Below are positions 52,238 through 64,000 of a stretch of 64,000 nt of DNA, piece by piece. The notes below the pieces were generated by a model. That model searched no databases and was not told the DNA's origin. It saw only the letters and a list, made by a program, of their open reading frames with translations. A program made the position numbers and the translations under genes. This DNA comes from Raja brachyura (Eukaryota): positions 24,800,001 to 24,864,000 of the forward strand of contig OY740797.1 in NCBI GenBank assembly GCA_963514005.1. Reading direction: 5' to 3'. Numbering within the stretch: the first letter of the stretch is position 1; every line of letters starts with the position of its first letter.

Positions 52238-55200
52238 ACACACACAATCAGTCTGAAGAAGTGTCCCGACATAAAACTTCACCTCTCCATTTTCTCCAAT
52301 GATGCTACCTGACCCGCTGAGTTACGCCAGCATTTTCAGTCTATCTCTGAGAACTAACTTCTTGGCTCTTGCATTAATTGGGGACTATTCTTGGGGAGAA
52401 GATGTCTGTAATGATTCAATCCTGGCCAGCGTCAGTAACATTAACATCTCCTTAAAGATTTGGTGAACAGAATATATCCAAATGAATGTATTATGTTCCA
52501 CAATTTTCTGTTTCCTAACGGTCATTATGCCACAAAGTTCACTTAAGATCTATTTATTTCACTCCTAATGGCGCCATAAATAGAAATTGTTGCCTTCCAC
52601 GCGGTTCTGGTGAAATCTGTTGAGTGAACATTTGAAATATCTTGCTTTGTTTTCCGCAAAGTCTAATTTGAAATAACTCAATTAAATATAAACATTTGGT
52701 CATCGGTTTAACCTCCCACAGCTGTCGAGGGTTTATCTGCTTCTCTAATCGCTGGAAGTATCGGAGGTGCAGTGTTAATTTTAACGTTCATCGTTATCGT
52801 CGTGATGACAATTATATATAGAGGTATGTTTCTCATCCATTTTTTAACATTGTCATCCCAGTATAGCATTATAATATAATAGTATTGGTAATTACACGAT
52901 TATCTTCATAATAAAGGAAATGAAACATTTCCACGGGCAAAAATTATGATTATAATAAACAGCACCGACTTAACGAAGATATTACATTTTCCATATGACT
53001 AATGTTTGATGATCACATATTTTGAATTCTATGTTTTATTTCGACACATTATCACATAGCAGCCAGCATTTAATTGTACCTATTGGTCAAGATCTGAACA
53101 TCTGTGAACATCTGTGCATTTTGCGGCCGTCGATCATCCGTTCACACTAGCTCTACGTCAACCTACTTTCGCATCCACTCAATACACAGTGGGGGCAATT
53201 TGCAGAGGTCAATTAACCACAAATCCGCACATTCTTGTGATGTGGGTGTATACTGGAACAACGGGTGAAACGGACGTTGTCACGGGGAGAACGTGCCTCA
53301 AACTCCGCATTTACCTGCTGCACCACTGTGTCGTCCAACATTTTGGAAAAAGCGTGGCACAAACAACGTGGTTTAAGCCTTCATACATATGTAGTGAAGC
53401 CGTATATAGTGAAACTCTATCGTGGAATTATCACATGATATTACGTTCTTGGCGTGCTAAAAAGGACACCATGTCGCACGGATATTTATCACTATTATAT
53501 TTTTTCCGAGCAGGTGCAAAGAAGCGTACAGTAAATACAAATCGGACACAAAGTTCGGTAAGGCTAATTTAATAAATGACTATTCCATTTGTGAAATTAG
53601 AGACAGGATTGTGCCTTTGTTGAAACCAAGCCGTTTTAATATAGACCACGTCTTATTCTGTTTGAACGTATTCCCAATCCGTGAAGTTCACAGTACACTA
53701 CACAAAGGAGGACATAAAGAACAATACAAAATGCATTTACAGGAGTTCTCATTTATGATAGATATCATATATATTATTTACACCAGGTGTAGTGAAAGGA
53801 ATATTTTCATTGCACCTTACCGTTTTTGTCCAGCCACAGGCGAGATTCCGGAGTACTGGAGAGTGGCCATGTTGTTTCAAATCAAATCAAATCAAATCCG
53901 TTTATTTGTCATTGCACATCAACTGTACAACGAAATTTCATGTGCATCCCCTTCAATGGTAAACAATAAAAGACACAGGATAAAAAGATTAAAAAAGAAC
54001 AAAACACAATAACACAAACAACCATTTACTCTCACATTTACATTTACTACAAGATCAATGCATGAAATAAGTAATAGATAATAAAAAAAATCACATTATA
54101 TTGCACATTCTAGCAGACAATTTTTTATATGCACCCCGAATTGTGTAGTGTTGCCCGTAGTGTTATCTGTTTGAGTTAAGTTCTCTAATGGCACTTGGGT
54201 AGAAACTGTTAGTTAGTCTGCAAGTGCGGGCCTTCAAAGACCCGTATCGCCTCCCAGAGGGCAGCAGAGTGAAAAGGTGGTTGGCAGGGTGGGATGAGTC
54301 CTCTGTGATGTTTGTCACCCGGCGTAAACATCGGGCCTTGTAAATGTCTTCCAGGGAGGGTAGTTGAGCGTTTGTGATGCTCTGTGCTGTTTCAATAACC
54401 TTCTGTAGTGCCTTCATTCCAGCCACAGTGCAGCTAGCAAACCACACCAGGATGCCATAGGAGAGGATGCTTTCCACGGCGCACTGGTAGAAGGACAGCA
54501 GCAGCTGCTGTGAGACGTTTGCTCTCCGCAGAGTCCTCAGGAAATATAGCCACTGCTGTGACTTCTTTACGAGAGTGATGGTGTTCACTGTCCATGTAAG
54601 GTCCTGGGAGATGTATGTGCCCAGAAACTAAAAGTCAGTGACTCTCTCCACCATGTCTCATTTGATGTAAAGAGGAGCAGGTTCTTCTCTCCTCCTCCTG
54701 AAGTCAATAACCAGTTCTTTTGTTTTGGTTTAGTTGAGTGCCAGGTTATTGTTAGTGCACCAGACAGTCAGTTTTTGGACTTCATCTCTGTAGGCAGACT
54801 CGTCGTTGTTATTTATCAGCCCCACCACAGTCGTGTCATCTGCAAACTTAATGATCCGGTTTGTGCTGTGTGTCGGTGTGCACTCATGAGTGTATATTGT
54901 GTAGAGAATAGGACTCAGCACACAGCCTTGTGGCGCCCGTGTGCTGAGCGTCAGGACTAGGGAGTGATTGGAATTCATCCTGACAGTCTGTGGGCGGTCT
55001 GTTAAGAAGTCCTTGATCCATCTGCATGTGTTGGCATTTACACCCAGGTCAAAGAGTTTGTCCACCATTCTGCTGGGGACGATGGTATTGAATGCAGAAC
55101 TAAAATCTGCAGACAACATCCTCACATATGAGCCGGGGCGCTCCAGGTGAGTCAGTGCAGAATGTAGAGCCATGTTGATGGCGTCTTCTGTTGACCTGTT

Positions 55201-58118
55201 GGCTCTGTATGCAAACTGCTGTTGATCCAGGGTGGGTGGGAGTGAGGATTTAATGTGGGCCAGGACCAGTCTCTCAAAGCACTTCATCACAGTGGAAGTG
55301 AGAGCAACAGGTCTGTAGTCGTTCAAGCTGGTGATATATGTCTTTTTGGGAACAGGCACAATGGTGGCAGTCTTGAAGCATTTAGGGACAGTGCATGTTG
55401 ACAGAGAGAGGTTAAAGATGTCGCTGAATACCTCTGCCAGCTGGTCTGCACAATCCCGCAGTACTCTCCCTGGGATGCCATCTGGGCCAGCAGCTTTCCT
55501 GGGGTTGACGCTGCGGAGTACTCTCCTGACATCCACTGTGCCAGGTCGTCAGTGCTGCATGCGGATGCAGGCGCAGGCTCCGCCTTACTCAGCTCAAAAC
55601 GGGCGAAAAAGTGGTTAAGCTCCTCAGCCAGCAAGTTACTACTGTTGCTGGTGGTTAACCCCCTGTTGCCCTTGTAGTTGGTAAGTTGCTGGATACCTTG
55701 CCAAACACGCCGGGGGTCCCTCTCATTAAAGTGTCCCTCTAGTCTTCTTCCATAGGCTGCCTTTGCCTCTTTGATGACTCTCTTCAGTTTGGATCTGGCA
55801 GTGCTGTACAGTTCATCATTGCCAGGTCCAAAGGCTGAGTTGCGTTCCCTCAGCAGCTTTCTGACATCACTGGTCATCCATGGTTTGCTATTTGGATAAC
55901 ACCTAACCTCTCTTTCGATAGTGACGTTATTGATGCAGTTCTGTATGTAGAACATGACTGTGGATGTGTAGTCTGTTATGTCCTGAATTGCAAAAAGATC
56001 CCACTGGGTGCGCTCAAAGCAATCCTGAAGTTGAGCGGCAACGTCCTCAGGCCAAGTCTTTATGTTTCTCACACTGGGCTTTGTTTTCACGATAAGAGGT
56101 CTGTATGCTGGGGTGAGAAAGAGGGATAGGTGGTCAGACTGGCCGAGGTGAGGGAGGGGAGAGGCTCTGTATCCATCCCTGATGTTGCTGTATATATGAT
56201 CCAATGTATTTTGACCTCTCGTCGGACATGTGACATGCTGGTGGAATTTAGGGAGGACAGTTTTTAGATTTGCCTGATTGAAGTCTCCAGCCACGATGAA
56301 AATCCCATCAGGGTGTGCAGTCTGTAGTTTGTTGATGGTTGTTATCAGGGTGTTCAGTGTTCTTTGTTTAAGCAGGGAAATGGATTGAATCCAAGGCTCA
56401 ATCAGTTGAATCTAAATATAGGTCGGTTAACCACACGTTAGTGGTTGGGAACCGATTGGAAAGACTTCTTCAAGAGAGGATCTACTGACATTTGGAAGAG
56501 AATTGACGAATTGGCGATAGCCGGCACGGCCCAACACGGTTTACTGATGTAATTAAGTTTTCTGAACAGATGACAAAGCAGGGCAGTAGCTGCTGCAAAC
56601 ACGAATCTAAGGAATGCTTGTGATAAAGTCCCTCGTGATAGGTTGATCCAAAAGATCAAGATATACAGGATCCACTGTAACTTGGTGATATTAATTCAGA
56701 ACTGGCTTCTTCAGAGCGACAGAGGTTGGTCGAAGGAAGATCTACCTGAAGGTCTGTGATCAGTGGAATTCCACAATGACCCCTGTTATTTGTGATATAT
56801 ATGTGTGAAAGATACATCTCCTAGACACCTCGTAGACATAAATATAGATGGGTTGTTGAGTAAATTTTCTGAACAACAGAACAGGAGGAGTTGCAGACAG
56901 CGAGAAGGGTTGTCGGAAGATACAGACGGTTATAGATAATCGACAGAAGTGGGTGGAGAAATGGCAGATGGAGCATGTTGGAGTATAACCCGAGCAGTCT
57001 GAGCTGCTGCACTTTGCGATGGCGCATGTAAGGATAATGTCAAGATGCTAAAGTGAATTGATGTGCTGGGAGGTCATGGAGTCCAAGTTCATAGCTCACT
57101 GAAGACGGCAGCACGAAGAGGTAGGTTAGTAAAGATGGCGTATGATATATTTGCCTTCATTGCTACGGCATTGAATATAAAAGTCAAGAAATCATGATAC
57201 AGCTCTCTAAGACTATGGTTAAGCCCCATTTGGAGTTTTCCGTGAGGTTCTGGTAGCCTCATTACAGAAAGCCTTTGGGGGGGGTGCAGAAGAGGTTTAC
57301 CAGAAGCGCTTGGATTACAGAGGTGCAAGTGAACGAAGGGGTTGAATAAACTTGGATAGTTTTTGCTGGAAATTCGGAGCATGAGGGCAGAATTGATGAA
57401 ATGAAAGGCATAGATAGGGTAGACCGTCAGAACCTTTTCCACAAAATAGAAATGTCCAATGCTAGAGGGCATAGCTATAAGGTGTGTGGGAGAATATTTG
57501 ATGGAGGTATACGGGGTAAGTTCTTTACATAGCGATTGTTGTTTGCCTGGAAGGCATTACCGGGTGTGGTGGTGGAGGCAGACAGAATAGTGGCGTTTAA
57601 GAGGCATTTAGATGGACATATGCACAATGAAAAAGGGTTATGGATCATGTACAGATATATGAGATCAGTTTAACATGGCATCGTGTTCAGCACAAACATT
57701 TTGGGCCGAAGAGCGCGTTCCTATGCTGTACTATTCTATGTTCCATATTATGTGCAGTTATCATTTTGATCTGTCCAGTTGCCCCACAGTCGATTAGACT
57801 CTGGAAATTGGTCTTCGTGCGAGAAGGCATTCGACACAAAACGAAAAATATTCGTCCCTCGTTTATTCTTGCCAGTGCATTCCACGCAAAAGCTTCATTT
57901 GTGGTGTAACTAATCTTAAAATGTTCATGAATTTCCAGGAAGAAGGTGAGAACGTTAGCGGTAATCTGATGTACGCCCATTTGGATCTTGTTCGCAGCAA
58001 AGAATATGAGAAACCTGAAGAGCAAGTGGAGAGGCCTGTGTATGCCAAGGTAAAGTACGTTTCACGCTTTCACTCTACACATCTGAGAATACAGATACGC
58101 CTTACTCGGAGAAATTAG
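48099..58118 (+). CDS. Gene C: non-rearranging VJ-C1 IgSF receptor with uncharged TM and ITIM-bearing tail (inhibitory, SIRP-alpha-like signalling); about 330 aa
   Basis: Exons 48099-48153, 48447-48758, 49493-49798, 52722-52823, 53514-53557 and 57939-(58049/58054/58118). All GT-AG, phases 1,1,1,1,0, open frame. The 3' end is ambiguous: stop at 58118 by read-through, or a further exon from 58774. Confidence 0.88.
48447..48758 (+). CDS. Gene C exon 2, V-set Ig domain with J-like strand
   Basis: Acceptor tattgacag, donor G|gtgagc; 312 bp, same as gene A. Motifs [38 protein letters not shown]. Confidence 0.95.
49493..49798 (+). CDS. Gene C exon 3, C1-set Ig domain (absent from the ORF track)
   Basis: Acceptor ttcttctctatttag, donor G|gtaac. 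Hand translation: [43 protein letters not shown]...[10 protein letters not shown]...[26 protein letters not shown]. Confidence 0.95.
50145..50427 (-). repeat. Inverted duplication, copy B (partner 42926-43211), inside gene C intron 3
   Basis: Reverse complement of 42926-43211. Confidence 0.9.
51180..52345 (+). mobile_element. Degenerate Penelope-like retroelement (RT and GIY-YIG remnants, terminal repeat)
   Basis: Remnants reading [17 protein letters not shown] and SNLIYCI..GC..LY; ends in the ctgaagaag..gatgct.cctgacccgctgagttac terminal repeat. An oppositely oriented remnant lies at ~50350-50990. Confidence 0.75.
52722..52823 (+). CDS. Gene C exon 4, transmembrane [34 protein letters not shown]
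   Basis: Acceptor acctcccacag, donor G|gtatgt, phase 1/1; long uncharged hydrophobic stretch. Confidence 0.9.
53514..53557 (+). CDS. Gene C exon 5, membrane-proximal cytoplasmic [15 protein letters not shown]
   Basis: Acceptor ttttttccgagcag, donor TCG|gtaagg, phase 1/0; basic stop-transfer residues. Confidence 0.8.
53876..56357 (-). mobile_element. Rex1/Babar-type LINE, 5'-truncated and frameshifted, nested in an old CR1 within gene C intron 5
   Basis: ORFs 55323-56294 ([12 protein letters not shown]), 54730-55536 ([23 protein letters not shown]) and 54163-54588; (GATTT)n tail at ~53876-53897. Confidence 0.9.
56360..57750 (+). mobile_element. Old degenerate CR1 LINE
   Basis: Decayed CR1 RT-like text continuing from ~53830-53875 across the Rex1 insertion; ends with gggccgaag and a ctatgtt-type tail. 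Confidence 0.75.
57939..58054 (+). CDS. Gene C exon 6, tyrosine-motif exon [37 protein letters not shown](VK)
   Basis: Acceptor atttccag, phase 0. LMYAHL fits the ITIM consensus (I/V/L/S)xYxx(L/V); PVYAKV is ITIM-like. Candidate donors at 58050 (AAG|gtaaag) and 58055 (AA|gtacgt). Confidence 0.85.
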
Positions 58119-59689
58119 ACGTTTTCTTGTCCAATTAACAATAGCAAACATTTGTGCACAGATCGCAATTATGGCTGCTGCTGATAACGAACTGGCATAC
58201 GCTTCCTTGAACACGCCAAGCTCGAAAAAGAATTTGAAACGGCAAAATAAAGAAATAAGTGTAATATATAGCGGGGTGAAAAATAACAACTAAGACCATC
58301 TCATTGTTATTACAATTCCACTATTCCCCATTAATTATGTTTACGTTCGAATGCTTGAGTTGGCATTCCGAATTCCATTTATTGCTTTATTAAGCTTGGT
58401 GCATGTGGTTATCAATTGATTATTTTCTTTCATACCAAATAATTATTTCAAGATTCCGATTAGCGAATGTTAGTGAATTTGATCATTTATACATCCATAA
58501 GCCCTCAATCGCATGACTTGTGGTTTTCAAATGCTAATCGTTTTTATTTCACTGGATTACTCTCGTCAAACTGCCACCATATGCCCATTTCGCGCCGTGA
58601 TATTAGAGATCCCCTTATCACCTCCTCGTTTGATCCACCAATGAGCTAAGGAATTTTAGGCACCAGGTGTCCGTAGTTCCCCATTGCGGGACTCATAGAT
58701 ATCAAATTGAATAGGGTGAAATATTCTGGGACTCAATTCTCTTTGCAACCATTAGGCTTTTTATTTTTTGCAGGGGTGGACTTATATGCATTTGGTCGTG
58801 AACATCGTCTCTGAGTGTACATTATTAATGCCTTGTAGTGGAACCAAACTGGCCTGTATTCTCCATTAGAAAGATACTCAAGATTTGGCATCATCAAAAA
58901 CACTCAGCAAACTAGGCAGCATGTGTGGAAAGTGAAATAGCTTTAATGTTTCACGTCAGAGATTGTTTCATTAGAACTGCAAATGAGAAATTGAAAGATA
59001 TATTTCCAAGTTGCTGGACGGTGGCAATCCATCCCTCTTGCAACATTTTCCGACACCGACATTTACCTTTTTTATCTTTATTTCCCAGTTGCGGCAGAAC
59101 CTCGTGGTTGAAACATGGACCGCTTTTCTTTCCAGGCATGTTATCAAACCAAATGAATGTATATTATTTTTGAATTCACCTCTTTAACATTTGTATATTT
59201 GATTTTAAATTTAAGAAAATCTGCATATCACATACTATTTTAAATGATAATCATGTTGTTCCTTAGACCAGTGGAATGAATGTTTGAAATATTTGGTTTT
59301 CTATTTGAATCAAACATTCTGTAATGTACATCGTGACTTCTAAGCAAATCATGTTTTCAGAATAAAATATTTGCTATCCTTTATCGAAACTTAATTTTGG
59401 AGGACACCTCAGCATTTTTCCTTGTCAATTAATCAAAACATATATGTCAAAATTATGCAGTGTGATTTGTTTCGGAGATATGATTCCAGGTCAAAAGTTC
59501 ACAAGAGGCATGTTCACAACAATATTATTTATGACGCTGCTAAAAACCCAACCTCATTGTCCTTACCAATGGAAAAGTATGAGATAGCCGGAAGTCATAG
59601 AAATACACAACACGAAAAGGCCAATCTAATTGGCATTGCCCATCGGCTTCTTTGTCATATTCCTTCACTGAGACGATTTTATTTCCCCC

Positions 59690-61720
59690 AGTTTCAGGAC
59701 AAAGACACTCCCCGCCCACTCCCCGCCTCGACACACAATCACACAAACACCTTGTACTTCTCGGCCACACACTGTTGACAAACGAACAAACTTTGAGCGA
59801 GTAGACTGGTGCATATTCATGGATACCGCAGCTAACCTGAATGACTACGTCACTCCTGTGACTGACTTCATCAGCAAGTGCACAGAATATTGTGTGCAGC
59901 CGAAGGCAATCCGAGTGTTCCCCAACCCGATTTTAAGCCGCGCCGGGCGATGAAAGGCCCCGCGAACGGGCTGATTCAGGCTGATACCCGCTTGAATCTT
60001 TCAAACGCTAAACTTAAAACTTAAACAAATAAAACTGAAGCAAATAAAGGCAAACAGATGTAGCAACCTTGGAGGGGGTAGAGAGAGAGATGGGGGGAAA
60101 AAACGAAATCATGGTGACGTGAATGAGGGACTTACCTACAAGCCAGCCAGGAAACCCGTTCGACCGGAGCCGTTAATAACTTGACCCATTTAATCCGATG
60201 CCCATTTTTTCCCATCCACGAATACATCCAATTAGTTTAAATAGTAATTGTACCCGCTTCGGTCAGCTTTAAGAAATTCTCCATGAATATCTTCAGTAAT
60301 ACTTGAATGTCAAAATACAATTGGTGACACATCGTGTTAAGACGATGTTAATAGAGATATTTAACAAGCGCTGAACAGTGACACCCCCACTGTCTTGCGG
60401 AAAGTGGAGATTTTAATTGTGTTTTTTTTCACCGAATTGCAAAATCTGGATTACCACACATGGCGGGATTGTCTCCCACCTCTCAAAACATGGGAGGGAT
60501 GGGTCACCACCCCCACCAGGATTACCGCCCATGCCTGCTATCATCTCCGCAAACCCATCAAGGATGCCAAGAGGCAATACCGGGACAAACATTTATCGAG
60601 GTATAATCACTCGAACACACAGATGGTGTGGCATGGTCTGGAAAACTAGGTCAGGCAACATCATTGGTGATAGTGCGATCTTACCCAATGAACTGAATGC
60701 TTATATGCTCGCCCTTCAAACTCCAATGTGCCTCTCCCCAGGGTGACTGTAGCAGAGGTTAGATCAGCCTTCCTGATGGTAAACTCACAAAAAGCAACTG
60801 GACCAGATGGAGTTCCTGGCACTGTCCTTAGTCGCTGCCCGGACCAGCTAGTGGAGTATCCTACTCCGTTCTGAAGTACCCACCATTGTGAGCCGGATAT
60901 CAAATAATGATGAGACAGAGTGCAGGAAGGAGATTCAGAACTTTGTGTCCTGGTGTCGAGACAATAAGCTTTAGACAATAGACAATATGTGCAGGAGTAG
61001 GCCATTTGGCCCTTCGAGCCAGCACCGCCATTCAATGTGATCATGGCTGATCACCCCCAATCAGTACCCCGTTCCTATGTTCTCCCCATATCCGCTGACT
61101 CTGCTATTTTTAAGAGCCCTATCTAGCTCTCTCTTGAAAGCATCCAGACAACCTGCCTCCACCGCCCTCTGAGGCAGAGAATTCCACAGACAACGTCTCT
61201 CAATGTCAGCAATATAGCGATCGACTTCAGGAAGCAAGGTGGTACACATACGCCAGTTTGCATTGATGGTGCCGAAGAAGAGAAGGTCGAAAACTTTGAA
61301 TTCCTCGGAGTCAATGTCACCAACAACTTCTTATTGACCACCATATTGAAGCAACGAGCAAGAAGGTACACCAACGCTTCTGGTTCCTTAGAAGGCTTAG
61401 GAATTTTGGCATGTCCCCTACATCCCTCACCAACTTCTACAGATGCACCATAGAAACCATTTTATCAGGATGCATCACAGTTTGGTTTGCAGCTCCATGC
61501 AGGACTATAAGAAATTGCAGCGAATTGTGGATGCAGCCCAGACCATCATACAATCCAACCCTTCGATTGATTCCATTTATACTTAATGCTGCCTTGGCAA
61601 GGCCAGCAATGACGAGTCGCACCCTGACCACTCCCTCTTCTTCCCGCTCCCCTTTCCCATGGGCAAAAGGTGTGAAATCGCACACCACCAAACTCATGGA
61701 CATTTTCTTCCCAGCTGAAT
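59690..61720 (+). mobile_element. Fragmented old Rex1-like LINE with nested insertions
   Basis: Remnants IRVFPN, IKDAKRQYRDK, KATGPDGVPG and LTNFYRCTIETILSGCITVWF. Confidence 0.7.
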
Positions 61721-61789
61721 CATTCTATCACAACCAGAGAACAGTGGTGAACTATTTACCTCTGATGTCGCTTGGACTATCCTTGACCA

Positions 61790-62650
61790 GACTCCGGATG
61801 AGTAAACGGGGGGTTATTAAGAAAGAAATCAGAAAGGCAACAAGTGGGAATGAAACAATATTTGCAGAGAAGATTTGGGAAACTCCAAAAAGAATGTCTA
61901 TGTATATTAAGGGAAATAGGCTGATTAAGGAGAACATAAGTCCCTTCAAATAACAACTGTTATGTCTATGCTTGGAGCTGCATGAGATGGGCGAAATGCT
62001 CAATGAAAGTTTTTTCCTCTGGGGTGTGGTTAATGTTTTGCCTTTATTTGAGAAGGGCTGCAGAAAGAAAACTTGGGAACTATAGACCAGTAAGCTTGAC
62101 GTTACGGGAGACATTATGGCAGAATACGATTTACAGCATTTGGAAAGGTAGGCATGCATTATGGATAGTTAGCATAACTTGTGTGTGGGAGTATGTGTCT
62201 CACGAAACTGGTTGAGTTTGGTGATTATTTAACGAAGAAGCGAGACGAAAGAAGGTCTACATGGACTTCAGCAAGGCCGTTGACAAGGTTCTGCATGGTA
62301 GGTCATTCTGCAAAGTTAGATCGCATGGGATTCAGGGAAACATAACTAATTAGATAGGCAAAACGCCCATGAGAAAATAGTAAGGGCTGATGGTGGAAGA
62401 TTTTTTCTCGGACTAGAGGCCTATTGCAAGAGAGGTGTCTCAAGGGTCGGAGCAGGGCATATTTGTATTTGTTGTCCACATCATTCATTTGGATAAAAAT
62501 GTGTATGGCTTTGTTAGTAAGTTTGTTAGTATGTTTGCTGATGTCACGAAATGAGGTGGCATCTTAGCTGTGGAGAAGGTTATCAGGACGAGAGCAGGAT
62601 TTTGGTCAACTGGGCATGTGGGCCAAGGAATATGTAACATTTTCGAGACT
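61790..62650 (+). mobile_element. Old degenerate CR1 fragment
   Basis: KKEIRKA, GNYRPVSLT and MDFSKA.DKV.HGR remnants. Confidence 0.75.
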
Positions 62651-63529
62651 TTTCCTATGTATATGAGTGTGCAGGGAAATTAATTATATGGGTTACAGTA
62701 TGTGTAGGTAGATAGCAATTGTACTGCTCATCATGTTCTGTGCAGACATCATGGGCAGCAGGATCTGACCTTGTGCTGTACACAGTGTTCAAATGTTCTT
62801 GTTGAGCCGATGGGACTGCCTCGGTGCTGTATGACTCTGTGACTATATGTTAATGTATAAAGCAAGGTCACCATTGAGGTTTATTCGCATTTTTAGAGGT
62901 GCAACAGATAAAAGCAAAACTGTTGATGTGGTGGACTTTTAGAACGATTTCAATGACAAAATACAGAATGGAAACGGGCCCTTCATTCCACCGAGGCCAT
63001 GCCGTGTATTGATGTCGATCAGAAAGTGTGGGATAAGTAGGGGGAATTGTCGGTTTGTTATCTCCCAAATAAAGAGTGAGAATACGACCGAACATATAAT
63101 TTCAGGTTTGAGATTTAAGATGACAGCAGCAACGTAAATCGGTAAATACAGTGAGGATAAATATTCGTCTCGGCTTTGCAGGAAACCGTGCTCTTAACTG
63201 CCGCTCTGAAATGCGATTCCATCCCATCGTACAATGGATCCCACCTCCAAAGATCGCATTTTCTCCCACGATGAACCACAGGGGCGGAAATCGCTGTCGA
63301 AACATGGGAGGGACACAATTTCTTGGTGCCCGCACTCGCACGCGCCTGAATTCGGAATCTTCGGCCGTGGGACTTGTGGACGGTAAAATCGGGAGCTGAC
63401 CGACTCCGAACTCCAACAACAGCACCTTAGTCCGGGAACCTCACGGGAACCTCTGGGCACCTCACGGAAACCTTGGGTGGGGCACACGGTCCCCAGAGGT
63501 TTCCGTTCATGTTTCCTAAGTGGGACAGG

Positions 63530-64000
63530 GGCTTTCCACGCCACTTCGCTGTCCACGGGGCACCAGTCCTGCTGCTCTCTGACAATGTCAGTCAATTCTC
63601 CAGTCAACTCTTCAGGGGTTTCGCTCAACGCTGGATTTTTCGCCACATTACCAGCAGCCCCGAATACCCGCAGTCCAACGGCCTACAAAACGTGCGGTCA
63701 GAAACGCCAAACAGTTAATGGAACAGTCACACAGGGCCGGCTCCGATGTTATCTCGACTTGCTTAACCTGTGAAACATCTCCCGCGAACCGATTCTGGGA
63801 CCCCCTGCCCAGCACCTCATGTCAAGACAGACTCGCACTACTCTATCTATAGCCAAGCAGATGCTGTAGAAGTTCATGCACTGGCAGCAGTTCAATCCCA
63901 GCTCCAGCAGTGCCGAGATGCTCAGAAGAAACATTCCGACAAGACCAGACCACCACTCAGGCCACTGCCGCTACAGTCCCCGCTTTCGCCCGCGGTGCCG
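63530..64000 (+). mobile_element. Degenerate Gypsy integrase fragment related to the 2730-7277 element
   Basis: RHFAVHGAPVLLLSDNVSQFSS..FAQRW.F.HITSSPEYPQSNGL, then YLDLLNL and G.PAQ.LMS with frameshifts; no LTR seen. Confidence 0.85.

Noticed and set aside
8495-58118. Calling the genes TCR, Ig light chain, NCR3 or SIRPA
   Set aside because: No separate J segments or RSS; NCR3 lacks a C1 domain; SIRP has two C1 domains. Orthology cannot be established without a search, so no gene symbol is given.

Overview
Repeat-rich vertebrate genomic DNA. The repeat content (CR1, L1, Rex1/Babar, Penelope, V-SINE-type SINEs) suggests a cartilaginous fish, probably a skate or ray; this is inference. The non-repeat content is a cluster of three paralogous multi-exon immunoglobulin-superfamily receptor genes, rebuilt by hand from splice signals. 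Each has a leader exon, one exon encoding a germline-joined V domain with a J-like G strand (NKp30/NCR3-like), and one C1-set exon, all joined by phase-1 introns, with no RSS next to the V exons. Gene A (+, 8271-15252/18003) has an Arg-containing TM ('CIRAGLI'), a short tyrosine-free tail and two degenerate splice donors, so it looks activating. Gene B (-, 32857-28271) runs into a 200-N assembly gap before any TM exon is found. Gene C (+, 48099-~58118) has an uncharged TM and an ITIM (LMYAHL) plus a second YxxV motif, so it looks inhibitory. Mobile elements include a very young Gypsy LTR element about 1 kb upstream of gene A, two near-identical inverted CR1 copies, two decayed L1s, a Rex1-like LINE, two copies of a non-autonomous TIR transposon with apparent 7-bp TSDs, Penelope remnants with minimal hammerhead-ribozyme motifs, and a local inverted duplication. 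All gene models are predictions without transcript support.
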